Shown here in pieces: positions 43,305-55,864 of a stretch of 64,000 nucleotides of DNA (position 1 is the first letter of the stretch; every line of letters begins with the position of its first letter). Location: assembly GCA_964016885.1 (NCBI GenBank), contig OZ024743.1:326058001-326122000 (forward strand), in the 5' to 3' direction. This DNA comes from Eledone cirrhosa (lineage: Eukaryota). Under the pieces are notes generated by a model. It saw only the letters and a list, made by a program, of their open reading frames with translations, had not been told where the DNA came from and ran no database searches. Position numbers and translations under genes: made by a program.

Positions 43305-44179
43305 CGAGGTGTGTCAGAAAAGTTCCAGGACTGATGTTACAAAAGATTTATTTCAAACCCAAACTTCACACTAAGAGTTTTCTCCTTCAAAATAATCCCC
43401 CTGGAGTATGTAACTGTAATCTTAGTTCTCTGCAGCGATCAAACTTTTTTCTTCATAATTTTATATACATGTCCTCTGTTTCAGGTCATCAAGCAATGAG
43501 CACAGAGCAACGAACAAACTTGAAGTTTCTGGTACGGTTGGGGAAAACTCCGTCAGAAGCACTGGGATTGCTGCAGCAAGTGTATGGAGAGTTTAAAGAA
43601 GGACGCGACGACGTGGAAGATGACCCCAGGAGCGGAAGGCCCTCAACAACCAGGACTGAGGTCAACGTTGAGCGCGTCAGGCAGATGGTGCGTAGCGATC
43701 GTCGGCTGATTGTTCGACTGATGGCAAATGAGTTGGGCATGAATCGGGACAGCGTCTGGAAGATTCTCACTGAAGATTTGGTCATGCGGAAAGTCTGCGC
43801 GAAGATGGTGCCAAAACTGCTGAACGATGACCATAAGGGTCGACACATGCAAGTATGCCAGGACATCCTCGAGCGTCTTGAAACCGAACCAGACTTGCTA
43901 GGGGCAGTCATCACCGGTGATGAGTCATGGATCTTTGAGTACGACCCGGAGGGGACCCGTTTTGAAGACGTGGACGACATCAAAAAGGCCGTGACGACGG
44001 AACTGCGGAGTATCCCGGAAGAATCCTTCCAGGAGTGCATGCAAGCGTGGCAGAAGAGGATGGAAAAGTGCATTAGACTCCAGGGGGATTACTTTGAAGG
44101 AGAAAACTCTTAGTGTGAAGTTTGGGTTTGAAATAAATCTTTTGTGACATCAGTCCTGGAACTTTTCTGACACACCTCG
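43305..44179 (+). mobile_element. Internally deleted mariner transposon
   Basis: TA flanks; about 103-bp TIRs; ORF 43496-44113 has HTH, RSGRP, KMVPKLL, ITGDESW and GDYFEG but lacks the mid-catalytic block. Confidence 0.92.
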
Positions 44180-44303
44180 TATATATCTGCTGGGTAAGGC
44201 TGCATGTCAATTTGTTTGTGCTCAAGTTAAGACAATAATCATTCATAATTGTATATAATGCCACACTCATGTAATTTCAGTATAATATCACATTCAGTTT
44301 GTA

Positions 44304-46024
44304 TTACTTAACTCCTGGTTTCTGTTGGTGATAAGCATCGAGCATTACTTTCTTAGGATGTCTGACACAAAAAAGTTTCTCTTTTGTAGATGTCAATATG
44401 TTGTTGCCATTTGTATTATCTTTACTTTCTGAATTACATTCACTATGTTGTATTTTTCGTTGCGGCGTTTCCCCAACAATAAGCGAATGAACTAAGCAAT
44501 GGCTGCTGTTCGTGTTGAACTTCTGTTGTAAGAATCTACAAAATGGGGCTTTATCTGTTGGACGATAGGCGTCTCTACACGTACACACCAATTTAGCCGT
44601 CTCCCTCAGAAAACCAATATCTTCTTTCAACAACTCTCGTATCAAAATATTCTTTTTAATCGGCTTAGCTTTTATCAGAGATCCATGAACCGGATAAACT
44701 GATTTCCAATCAATATTAATAAAACCCTGATTAATTTTTGGCGAATAATTTGTTCCTACTTCACCGGAAACTTCTCCAATGTTCTCCTTATTGCAATATC
44801 TTGATCTAGAATTATTAGTAATGTTAAGCATTGCATTACAAGTTCGTTGTCGTTCTTTTTTATATTTAAATAATGTTTCGGTTTTCAAAATCCCCGTTTT
44901 TTTCTTTTGTTTGTTCAATTTTTTACTGTTCTGAATAGGAACTTTGTATTTTGGATATAAATATTCGTAAGATTTCAAAACACGTTGACTTGAATTTTTT
45001 TCGTTTGATGATATCGGTACTGGCTGATTTTCTGCTGGCCTCGGCTGAGCTAAAACCTTAGCAGAATCACGGTTTGCTTTCGAGAATAACTTTTCTTGTT
45101 GGGGCCTTACATTTAATAATGGCTGGGTTTCTGCTGGCTTAGGTTGGGCTAAAACTTTAGCAGAATCACGGCCTTCTTTCGAGAATAACTTTTCTTGTTG
45201 GGGCCTTACATTTAATAATGGCTGGGTTTCTTCTGGCTTAGGTTGGGCTAAAACTTTAGCAGAATCACGGCCCTCTTTCGAGAATATTTTTTCTTGTTGA
45301 GGCTTTACATTTAATAATGGCTGGGTTTCTTCTGGCTTAGGTTGGGCTAAAACTTTAGCAGAATCACGGCCCTCTTTCGAGAATATTTTTTTTTGTTGAG
45401 ACCTTGCATTTAATAATGTCGGTACTGGCTGATTTTCTGCTGGCTTCGGTTGAGCTAAAACCTTGGCAGAATCACGGCTCTCTTTCGAGTATAACTTTTT
45501 TTGTTGGGACCTTACATTTAATAATGTCGGTACTGACTGGTTTTGTGTTGACTTAGGTTTTGTGTTAGCTTTATGTTGGCGTTGGTTGTTACCAGAATTA
45601 CTGTTCTCTTTCGAGTATATTTTTTCATGTTGGTACCATACATTTAATAATGTCGTTACTGGCTGGCTTTGTGTTGGCTTTGATTGAGCTAAAACCTTCG
45701 CAGAATCACGGCTCACTTTCGAGAATAACTTTTTTTGTTGGGATCTTACATTTAATAATGTCGGTACTGGCTGGTTTTGTATTGAATTCTGTTTTTCTGT
45801 GCGTGGTGTAACAGTATTATTTTGATTTGTAGTAACAGTACAAGTTTTGGTTCCAGACATTGGCACTGTTCTACTAATAATTTTCTTTGTTTTGCTTCCG
45901 CAAGCAATAGCATTATTCAGTTGGTTTGTGCTAGGTTTTTTTGAACCAGTAGTAGAGGCTTTCCTCAAGAGATGTGACCAGTTCTTCAAAGCTGTTTCAC
46001 CTGGTTTTACTTCGCTGGAACTTC
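44304..46024 (-). CDS. Probable terminal exon of an unknown host gene; Lys/Gln/Asn-rich with seven 33-42 aa repeats
   Basis: More than 560 open codons in AT-rich DNA; the track start is TTG; the frame stays open to a TTGTTGACAG acceptor near 46025; no TE motifs recognised. Confidence 0.65.
45015..45780 (-). repeat. Coding minisatellite of 99/108-bp units
   Basis: GGCTGGGTTT at 45121 and 45220; all unit lengths keep the frame. Confidence 0.9.
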
Positions 46025-46109
46025 TGTCAACAAATTAATTATAGTTTCTATTACAACTCTGTGATAAAATGGCGATAAATTATAGTGGTACGTACTTGGT
46101 CCTGAGTTA

Positions 46110-46185
<76 letters not shown>

Positions 46186-46941
46186 GTGCGCTTTTCTATT
46201 ACAACTCGCTAATAAAGACAAATAAAGGCGGCAAGCTCACGATATCTACATTTAAAATCCATATATGTGTCCCCTCGCACGTGTATGTACATGCGTGTAT
46301 ACACGTGTACATGTATGTCTATGTTTATGTTGGTGTCCGAGTTGAATGGCAAAGTTGACAGAGAGACAGCTACTGACAGTGATATGTGGTTAAAGAGTGG
46401 ATCAAGAGAATTTCTACTTGTCATATTAAGTGATCAAAACAGTGTTCTTGCTGCTTACTAACACGAATGGTAGTTACTTGTGGTCAGGTCAGAATGATGT
46501 TAGGGGTAGGGAACTACTTGCCATGAACCTACGATTTTGTGAGGACCTATTCTCCTTAACTTTTAATTCATTTATCCCCTTTTGTTGCCTGTAAATACCT
46601 CATATTCACTATATGTACATGTATACACCTGTAAACTATACCTGAAATATATTTAGTACTGATTACTAAAATACTTAATGGACAGTTTGCATTGAGGCAT
46701 AAATATTTGCTTGAGCGTATTACCAGCTTTGCACGAGTCTGCTTGTGGTATATATTTACAGTCAGATGGACAGGTCCATTCGAGTATAATGTGCCTTGGC
46801 GATAAACTCTACACAATAGTGGTAGCGAAAAGTGAACCCTCGATCTATCGGCTAGAAGTAATATCCGATCTCCCTCAGATCACATCATATTGTGTCTAAA
46901 ATAGACACGTTGGACATGCGGTCCTCGTTTTAATGTATCTA

Positions 46942-47351
46942 CTCTCGGGTCTCAAATAATCACCCCACCCCCGCTTATTAATTTTTCATATTTTTTCCAC
47001 CTCATTCCCGCACTTATTACACACATCCGCTTATTAAATTTTACTAATCTATTTCCGATTAAATTTTATTTTAAGTGGTAACATTCCTGTGACAGTTCAT
47101 TTTCTTTATACATTAAAAAACATTACACGTAACAAAAAAAGTAAATCACTAGAAATATGCGTTATAAGGTAAATCGGATGAGTTGGGGTCTCAATATGTA
47201 AACTAAACAGCTAATTCTGTTTTTTTTTTTAAATCAACAGAGACAACCCAGAAAATTTACCGATTTTCCACACACACACGCCCACCCCGCTTATTCCAAC
47301 TCCCCGTTTATTCCCTTCCACCCCCCACCCCTGTTATTTAGGACACGAGAG
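46942..47351. mobile_element. Tc1/pogo-type MITE
   Basis: TA-CTCTCGGGTCTCAAATAA ... TTATTTAGGACACGAGAG-TA; reverse copy at 60901-61250. Confidence 0.75.
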
Positions 47352-48519
47352 TAGGAAAAGACGGAATAGTCACGGTTGAAATGTCTTTGAATACAACTCC
47401 GCTCAATCACAGCTGATTTGAGACTAAACAGAAACACAAACAAAAATGCGCGCGCGCATATGTTCGACCTCCATCGATTCCAACGATCAACGGAACAGCC
47501 TGCTCGTGAAATTAACGTGATAGTGACTGAGTATTCCCCAGATACGTGTACCTTTGACGTAGTTCTCAGGGAGATTCAGCATGACGCAGAATGTGACAAG
47601 GCTTGCTCTTTGAATTACAGATACAGTGCACTTTTGCCATCTGAGTGGACTGGGTTAAGGGGAAGTAAAGTGTCTTGCACAAGGAGACAACGCGCCGCAA
47701 TGAGTCGAACATCCCATTCACTAAGCCACGCGCCTTTTCTACAACACCTATCAATATCCTATCTAATTGACTATATGTAACTAGCAGGTACTAATAATAT
47801 ATAGTTGTAAGTTCAAATGACTAAACTCTTCTTGCTAGATAAAATCAACTTTGTATTTTTTATTTTTTTCAAAAACGATTTTTATTTAATCAGTTATCAT
47901 CATCATCACCATCATCGTTTAACGTCCATCTTCCACGCTAGCATGGGTTAGCCGGGTTTGTCCCATTTAGAGGCAAGTACCTCGCTCTTATAGGACTGTT
48001 TCTGGGTGGTTTTCTACGGCTTCCTGGCAGTAGAAATTATGTCAGCTATATTTTACAAAAAAAAGTATAACTTAAAGCTGAGTTGTAGTAGATAGCAGTC
48101 TATAGGTTGGTAAATAAATATATACATATATATATATTAGGTCGGGACATAATGGAATCAAACTCCCGTTGTCACCGCCTCCGTCTCTCTCTCAAAAAAA
48201 GTTATACAATGATGGAAATATGAAGAAAAAAAAAGATAAAAACAAAATTAAGTAAAGAACAGCGGAGGGAAGGGGTAAAGAAGGGCAGATCTGGCTGTAA
48301 AGGAAAGTAAAGGAGAGGACTATAAATGCCATAAATGAGAGGAAAGGTAGGAAAATATGAGCGTTCCCCCAGCGTGACCGTAGTCTACTGACTGAAACAA
48401 GTATAATTAACCATAATAAATGGAAACAATATAGTATCTTTTATTCCTTTCAGAGACTTCATAAAATATATAAAATAAGTAAGATGAGTAAAAATACATT
48501 CTTGATTAACAACAATTTC

Positions 48520-50060
48520 AGAAGGGGTAAAGAAGGGCAGATCTGGCTATATAGGAAAGGACTATAAATGCCATAAATGAGAGGAAAAGGAGGGGACCAC
48601 GGAAGAAAGGAAGGGGGAAGGGGAGGGTGATAGGCTGTATGCCTAGGGCGGTGGTTTGGCTGTTCCCCGCGGAAAAACTATAAAAGCATTTCCGCAGACA
48701 ATGACCAACGACACCCGCTGCAACAGAGACCCCCACCTCACGGGGTTCCTTCCTCGGTCGGACTGCTGACGTTCCGATTTTGCGGAGAACGTCAGCTGTT
48801 CAGGGTCCAAGGATACCTGAGAACTCGACGGTGATCCGCACGAAGAGGAAGCGGCCGGACAAGCCCTGGTATTTGCTTATCTTCTTGTCCTCTGAATTAC
48901 CGGTCGCAGTACCGGTGTTTGTGGCCGAAGCGGCAGCGTTGGAGGAACGTGTCACAGCATGTGGCGTCACAGATGAGGGATTTACCTCCTTCGAATGGGA
49001 AGAGAATAAATACGTCGGAACGCTTGCCGTCTCCGCGGATGAGGTCTGTTGGCTCCTGTTGTGATAGGAAGCCAGTTGCGTCCAAGCTCATTCTCAATAT
49101 GTCATTGAGAGCGGCATGTCGGGGGACCAGCCAGCGCTCTGGCGGTGATACAGTAGGTGAATGCTAAACTCGTAATCGACAGCCCCACAACAGCATTTGT
49201 TTGGCTTACCTTCTTCCTCACCTCTCATACGGAAGACCCAGCATACTTATGGCCGCTGACATCAAGGTTACTTCCACTACGGGTGTCCAGCAGAGACCCA
49301 CACGGCCTACTCTTCTTTGCGCTGGCAGTTGTCCACTCTGTCGGGTCGCCCTTCAACGTTTGGTATCTGGACGATGTCACCCTGGGTGACTCGGCTGTGA
49401 GCGTAGTTGAGGACCCTCGGCTAATCATCCCAGCTCTATAGCTCCTCGGACTCGAGATCAACCCATCCAAGTCCGAGGTGATAAACGTTAGCTACGGAGA
49501 AGTGGAATTCTACGACGCCGTACACAGCATCCATCCCGTCTTGTCCGGCATTCGACTAATGCCCAAAGACGCCGCCTGCATTCTCGGCTCTCCAATTCTC
49601 TCGAAAGCCAGACGAGAGTGCCTGGAGACCAAGCACGCAGACCTGTCGCGAATGGCGCCTCATTGACGTTCACACGGCACTCTTCCCCTTGAGGAACTGC
49701 TTCGCCCTTCCAAAATTTCTGTTTATACTGTAGGGTGCACCATATCACTCCCACGCAGATTACCTCGGTGAACTCGACACCACCATCCGACGATGTGTAG
49801 AACTCATCTTCAATGTAAGTGCAACAGGCGATGCTCCCTGCGAGGTTCGGTGGCCTCGGCCTCCGATCCGCTTCGGATCTGGCACTGCCGGCCTACTTCT
49901 CAATCTCCTCCAGTCGCATCCTCGTCAGCGAGGTCCTCAGCAAGATGGCCGAACCTGACGTGGCCCCAGAAGTTGAGCTGACTCTGGCCGATTGGGCAGG
50001 CCAAGGTATCTCTGACCACCAGTATACGAATGTTCAACGTAACTGGAACATCAAGTGCAG
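48520..50060. mobile_element. CRE-like RLE LINE remnant with an internal inversion
   Basis: Plus 49157-50060 has GVQQRDP, WYLDDVTLG and LPARFGGLGLR; minus 48680-49155 has RHAALND, RGDGKRSD and GKSLICDATC. Confidence 0.8.
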
Positions 50061-50070
50061 GTAAGAAATG

Positions 50071-50258
50071 CAGACCTGACAACTCTCCCCGCCCGATGGG
50101 GAGATCTCCCACCCACTTTGGGGTGGGTGAGAGATATCTTCTCTTGTGAAAATGGGTATCATTATGTAAAATCTCCCCATTTTGCCCATTTCTCCCCGTT
50201 TTGGGGCCTTTTCTTTCATGGTACTCCTCGTTTGGGTTTTTAGAGGTTGGCAGATCTG
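50071..50258. mobile_element. 188-bp hAT-like MITE with a 6-bp TSD
   Basis: GAAATG-CAGACCTGACAAC..GTTGGCAGATCTG-GAAATG; partial copy at 40992-41140. Confidence 0.7.
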
Positions 50259-50654
50259 GAAATGTATATTTGACTTGGAAAGAGAAAAAAACAACCCAAC
50301 TTACTTCAGAATAATCATTGGTCGTTGCTTGCTCTTTTGATAATTCCAGAGCAATAACTGATAATTAAAAACTTCTCCAAACACGTCATCATTTTCTGTA
50401 GCTTTACTTTGTTTCTGTTTATCCTGCTCATTTTTGTTCGATGCATACACTCGGCATATACTAGTCTCCGAATTCTGTAAAATATCAATATTAATTTACT
50501 GCTTTGCTATGAGGTTACACATTAAATAATGGTTTCTGGTTTAGGCACAAGGCCAACAATTTTGAGGAGATGAAGTCGATTAAATCGGTCCCAGTGCATT
50601 ACTGGTACTTTATTTTATCAACCCCGTAAGGATGAAAGGCAAAGCTAACCTTGG

Positions 50655-50854
50655 NNNNNNNNNNNNNNNNNNNNNNNNNNNNNNNNNNNNNNNNNNNNNN
50701 NNNNNNNNNNNNNNNNNNNNNNNNNNNNNNNNNNNNNNNNNNNNNNNNNNNNNNNNNNNNNNNNNNNNNNNNNNNNNNNNNNNNNNNNNNNNNNNNNNNN
50801 NNNNNNNNNNNNNNNNNNNNNNNNNNNNNNNNNNNNNNNNNNNNNNNNNNNNNN
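50655..50854. other. Assembly gap (200 N)
   Basis: N run. Confidence 1.
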
Positions 50855-50995
50855 ACTGTTTTACTTCATGTTTATTTTTATTTTTATTATGCTTTTATAT
50901 TTAATTTCATTTGTACCGTTTCCTCTCATCCCCTTTTTTCTATGTCTCTCCACCACTCCCCTACACACCCTTGGAACTCTCTTCCCACACACTTT

Positions 50996-51030
50996 TCACC
51001 TGAAGAAGGGCTTATGCTCGAAACGTCGTT
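50996..51030 (+). ncRNA. Minimal Penelope-type hammerhead
   Basis: AC-CTGAAGA-A-GGGC-TTAT-GCTC-GAAA-CG-TC-GT. Confidence 0.7.
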
Positions 51031-51135
51031 CCCCACCACCACCCCACTCTCAAGAGCGTGAAACTAATAAACCTTTGTTCGTACTGCCTCTCTGTTTTGT
51101 TCCCGTTCAATTTTTTACTATATATATATACATAT

Positions 51136-51193
<58 letters not shown>

Positions 51194-53164
51194 GTATATA
51201 TATATACATATACATATATATATATACAAAGATATATATATACAAAGATATATATATACAAAGATATATATATATATATCTTTGTATTTTTTTAGTCTGT
51301 ATTACTCTAAAGGAATCGTCCTCCGTCGGTTCTGGCGATGAGTGTTCTAGCTGTTCGTCATTGAAACAGCCTGCTTATGAAATTAAGCGACTGACTATGC
51401 AAATGGCCGGATATTTTACAGACATATGTACCCTTAAAGTAATTCTCAGGGAGATTCAGCGTGACACAAAGTGTGAGAAGGCTGGCCCTTTGAATTACAG
51501 ATTCAACTCATTTTTGCCAGCTGAGTGGACTGGAGTAAACGTGAAATAAGTGTCTTGGTCAAGGACAAAACGCGCCACTGAGAGTCGAAAGCACAACCTT
51601 ACGATCGTGGGCCGAACACCTTAACTACTAAGACATTCACCTTCACAAAAATCTATAGAAAATACCTCGAGGGAAGAGTATTCTGTACATTAAATACGAA
51701 TATGGTAGTGTCTCACATATCTAATATAGTGGGTTGAAAAACTTCGATTTACAGAAATTATTCATGCAATTAGTAAAAAGAAACTCTCTCTGGAGATATT
51801 CACTGCCTAACAGCAACAATGAAACGAGATAACACCAATAAAATCAATTTGTTGATTTTTTATAAAATATAGAAAATTATTATGGAATTAAAAAATTGTA
51901 TTGTTGCTCCAACATAGCGGTATACACATATATGTGCGTATTGTATATTGAAGGAGATGTTTATGAAAAACATTTGAAGGCCTTTCACTATGAATGTTTA
52001 AGATCACACACCTAACCTCAACAAAAGCAGACGGAAGTAATTGACAACGTGTTGTTTCTCGGTCTTTTTCTTTTATCAAGACTTCATATATCCCCACTTT
52101 CGCTGAGGTTAAAATAAGCTAGAATCTTATAGATTTTTGCTTATATTTATGAGCTGATGAAGCTCATTTGCATACGGAGCGGTAGCTGGCCATGCTTGAT
52201 TTAAAAATTTTGTATTGGTGCTCCATCCTGTATATTATTATGGAATTGTTTAAAGCCAAATGGTGAAAACAAAGGAAATGTTTCGATCATATTAGACCTC
52301 CTCAGCTATTTATTTTCTTCTAAATTTTCAAGACTAAATGTGATCACTATACATAGACAATCACTCTATATAAAGAGTAAATTTAGTGACGCTGATTATG
52401 AATATTAACTATATGGCTCAGAGGAGCGTTCATCATCATCATCATTATTTAACGTCAGTTTTCCCTACCAGCATTGCTTGGATGCGTTGTCACAGAATAA
52501 GCCAGTACTGATCTTTCAGGCGGGTCGTGGCTTGCATCACAGTTACATACTTCCCCGCTCTCTACAGACTGCACCGAGTATTTTATCATGCCACCAGTAC
52601 TATGGAGATTGTCTATTCTTTGTTTGACATTTTTTCTACGGTTGATTGCTCTTGCTACCACCAATAATGTGTGTGCGCGTGTGTGTATGTGCATATGTGC
52701 ATGCGTGTGTGCGCAGGTGTGTATGAGCGTGTGTGTGTGTGTGCGCACTTATGTTCGTATGTGCATGTGTGAGTGTGTACGTGTATGTGAAAACAGTAAG
52801 TCACCTTGTGAGAATAAAACTTTTCCTCCCACGGAATAACTGCCATCGAAGGTGGGGTGATGTAGTAGAAAGCTCGCATGAAGAATGTCCAGTTTAGCAG
52901 CATGCTCTGACACGTTATATAGGAACCTGGCAAAAGTAAAAGCATATTGTAAACAACGACACAAATATAATTGTTTCTACTTTAGGCACAAGGCCAGCAA
53001 TTACCCAGTGCATTACTGGTACTTTATTTTATCGACCCCGTAAGGATGAAAGGCAAAGTTAACCTCGGCAGGATTTGAACTCAGATCATAAAGGGAGGTA
53101 ACTCTATACTTCAAAGCATGGCGCCCGACCCTCTACCGATACTGCCAATCCACCGACATAAATA

Positions 53165-53470
53165 TAATGATGATGATGATGATGGTGGTGGTGGCGGCGG
53201 TGGTGGCGGCGGCTGCGGCGGCGGTCGTCGTCGTAGTGGTGATGGTGATGATCGTGGTGGTGGTGATGGTGGTGATGGTGATGATCGTGGTGATGATCGT
53301 GGTGGTGGTGGTGGTGGTGATGGTGATGATCGTGGTGGTGGTGGTGGTCGTGGTGGTGATGGTCGTGGTGTTCGTTGTTGCCGTAGTTGTCGTTCGTAGC
53401 GGCCACTGTGGTGGTAGTATTTGTCATCATCATGGTGGTGTTAGTGGTAGGGTGGAGTAGGTGGGTGATG
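53165..53470. repeat. (GAT)/(GGT) trinucleotide low-complexity tract
   Basis: Seen directly; continues the tail of the adjacent minus-strand SINE region. Confidence 0.9.
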
Positions 53471-53841
53471 ATGGGGATTGCACAAGTCTGCAATGTTTTT
53501 GTGGGTATGGTGTGGCGTGCGGTGGCCCGGGGGGGGAGTGCTCGACCGGAAGGGGTTTTTGAGTGCTCTACCGGAAGGGGTCTTTGACCGGAAGGATGCT
53601 CGACCGGAAGGGCCAGGAGAGGGCCTCTCTCTAGTGGTGACCAGCATACGGTGAGGACGCGTTTTGGGCAGCTCCCGGTGTTAAGCAGTCGGACGCACGT
53701 GGAAGAGGAGTACCTGCAGTGGAATTTAGCGGCGCCTGTGAAAAGCGGTAAGTGAGATAGCTTTTTCTAACCACAAGCTATTTCGGCGACTGAAAAAAAA
53801 AAAAAAAAAAGGAAAACACTTGCCGCAAAACAAATCAGAAG

Positions 53842-54603
53842 ATGGCGACAAGACTACGGATGAACGAAGCTATCAGGCCATTCACCGGGGAAGGTGATGT
53901 TGTCGCTTGGCTGCGGAAGGTTCGGCTGGTCGCGGGCTTGCAGAAGATAGAAGACGTGGCCGGTCTCATTGCATTGTACCTCGAGGGCGACGCGTTGGTA
54001 CTCTTCCTTGAGTTGGACGAGCACAGCCAAAGAGATGTGCAGAAGATTGAGAGGCGTCTGATGGATGCATTCGCCGAGGGACCGTTGGCGGCTTTTGCTA
54101 AGCTGGCGAGAATCAGGTGGAATGGTGAGCGCGTCGACATTTTCGCAGCGGAAATAAGGCGGTTGGCTATGTTGGCGGGTTACCAGGCAGAATGCGAACG
54201 CACGGTGCGGTTGGCATTCATCAATGGATTTCCGGACGACATAGCGGTGAAACTGCAGCAAGTCCCAGGGTACAAGGAGATGGAAATGCGTTCACTGGTG
54301 GAACAAGCCCGGATCATAGCGGAAGATGCCAAAAAGAGTGTCGCGGCGATAGCGACTACGGAGGCTCAGGACACCTGGCAGCGAAATGGTCAAAGGGAGG
54401 CAACCTCGGCACGCGGCCGTTCGCGAGAATTTAAGGGCCGCTGTTTTAGGTGTCATGGCCCGCATATGGCTAGAGACTGTAGAGAGTCGAAGCCGGATAT
54501 AATTTGCTACCGGTGCAAGCGACCAGGCCACATCGCTACTAACTGCGACCAGGGAAACGGTCCAAGGGGAACTACTGCGCCGGTAGTTGCCCCTTACGAG
54601 TAG
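53842..54603 (+). CDS. gag: Gag with two CCHC zinc knuckles
   Basis: Intact 253 aa; CFRCHGPHMARDC and CYRCKRPGHIATNC. Confidence 0.9.
   Translation: MATRLRMNEAIRPFTGEGDVVAWLRKVRLVAGLQKIEDVAGLIALYLEGDALVLFLELDEHSQRDVQKIERRLMDAFAEGPLAAFAKLARIRWNGERVDIFAAEIRRLAMLAGYQAECERTVRLAFINGFPDDIAVKLQQVPGYKEMEMRSLVEQARIIAEDAKKSVAAIATTEAQDTWQRNGQREATSARGRSREFKGRCFRCHGPHMARDCRESKPDIICYRCKRPGHIATNCDQGNGPRGTTAPVVAPYE
54552..54595 (+). promoter_or_regulatory. -1 ribosomal frameshift signal
   Basis: In-frame G GGA AAC, 5-nt spacer, then hairpin AAGGGGAACTACTG-CGC-CGGTAGTTGCCCCTT; the protease lies in the -1 frame. Confidence 0.8.
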
Positions 54604-55160
54604 CGGCGCTGCCCGTGGTGGAAGTCTTCGTGAGGGGGAAGCCACAGCGAGCCCTCGTGGCTACGGGCTGTACGACGACACTGGTAACCGCGGGGGTGGC
54701 GCAGAGGTGGGGAGGGAAGAGCAGCGTAAGGGCAGTCGACGGCAGGAAAATTGAATGCCGAGGTCGCAGCGAGATGGAAATAGCGGTACGGGGAAGGACG
54801 ATAAGGCTTTCCGCCATCGTGGTAGACAGTGTGGTGGATGGGATCGGCGTGGTTATGGGCATGGACGCGATTGGCCGTCTAGGGGGCGTCACGGTGAACA
54901 ATGTCGGTGTGTCGTTTGGCGCCGCTGCATCGGTATGCGCTGTGAGTGCACGTCATGAGAACCAGAAGGCCCACGAGGAGCAATACCCCGCTTACACTGT
55001 ACAGGACAAGGACTTCGAGGCCGTGTTTGATGGGCAGCGATGGGTTGTTGAGTGGTACTGGAAGGGAGAACCACCAACACTGAAGACCAAAGTGGGCTGC
55101 TATCAACACACATTGAAGGGAAACGCTAGGGGTGAGTTCGGGCGAAGAAGTCTGGGTTAA
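54558..55160 (+). pseudogene. pol: Truncated pol (aspartic protease only)
   Basis: ALVATGC (DTG changed to ATG) and VVMGMD; RT, RNase H and integrase core absent. Confidence 0.8.
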
Positions 55161-55776
55161 GTCCCCAGATGCACGGTGCACATCTCAATGAGAAAGGGGA
55201 ACGGTGACGGCCGTAAATTCAAAGAACAATGTGTCCGTGGACGGGGTACCACGTCATGTCCTGGATGTAAGAAGAATCACTGTATCGACGGACTCCGAGG
55301 AAGAGGAAACCAAGATGAGGTGGAAACCCAGAGCCCTGCCCCAATACTACGAAGATCGCAACGAAGTCGTAGACCACCGACCTGGACGGCAGACTTTCAT
55401 ATGCAGAGGGACGAGGGGGAAATTGATCCTTGAGATCAGGGGGGCGTGTGGGTATGGTGTGGCGTGCGGTGGCCGGGGGCGGGGGGGGGGAGTGCTCGAC
55501 CGGAAGGGGTCTTTGACCGGAAGGATGCTCGACCGGAAGGGCCAGGAGAGGGCCTCTCTCTAGCGGTGACCAGCATACGGTGAGGACGCGTTTTGGGCAG
55601 CTCCCGGTGTTAAGCAGTCGGACGCACGTGGAAGAGGAGTACCTGCAGTGGAATTTAGCGAGATAAGTGAGATAGCTTTTTCTAACCACAGTTTTGAAAT
55701 ATTTTAAAGATGTACATTAAACCTACCCCCCTAATACTTTGCAGGTACTATTTTATCGATTTTGAAGAAGTACGAG

Positions 55777-55810
<34 letters not shown>

Positions 55811-55814
55811 GTGT

Positions 55815-55862
<48 letters not shown>

Positions 55863-55864
55863 TA

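Larger units (their letters stand above)
53500..55690 (+). mobile_element. Gypsy/Ty3-like LTR retrotransposon, internally deleted
   Basis: TG..CA LTRs at 53500-53775 and 55447-55690; 5-bp TSD GTTTT; purine tract before the 3' LTR. Confidence 0.93.

Noticed and set aside
53104-53493. His-rich, Gly-rich or Val-rich ORFs
   Set aside because: Trinucleotide low-complexity tract next to a SINE; no support for coding.
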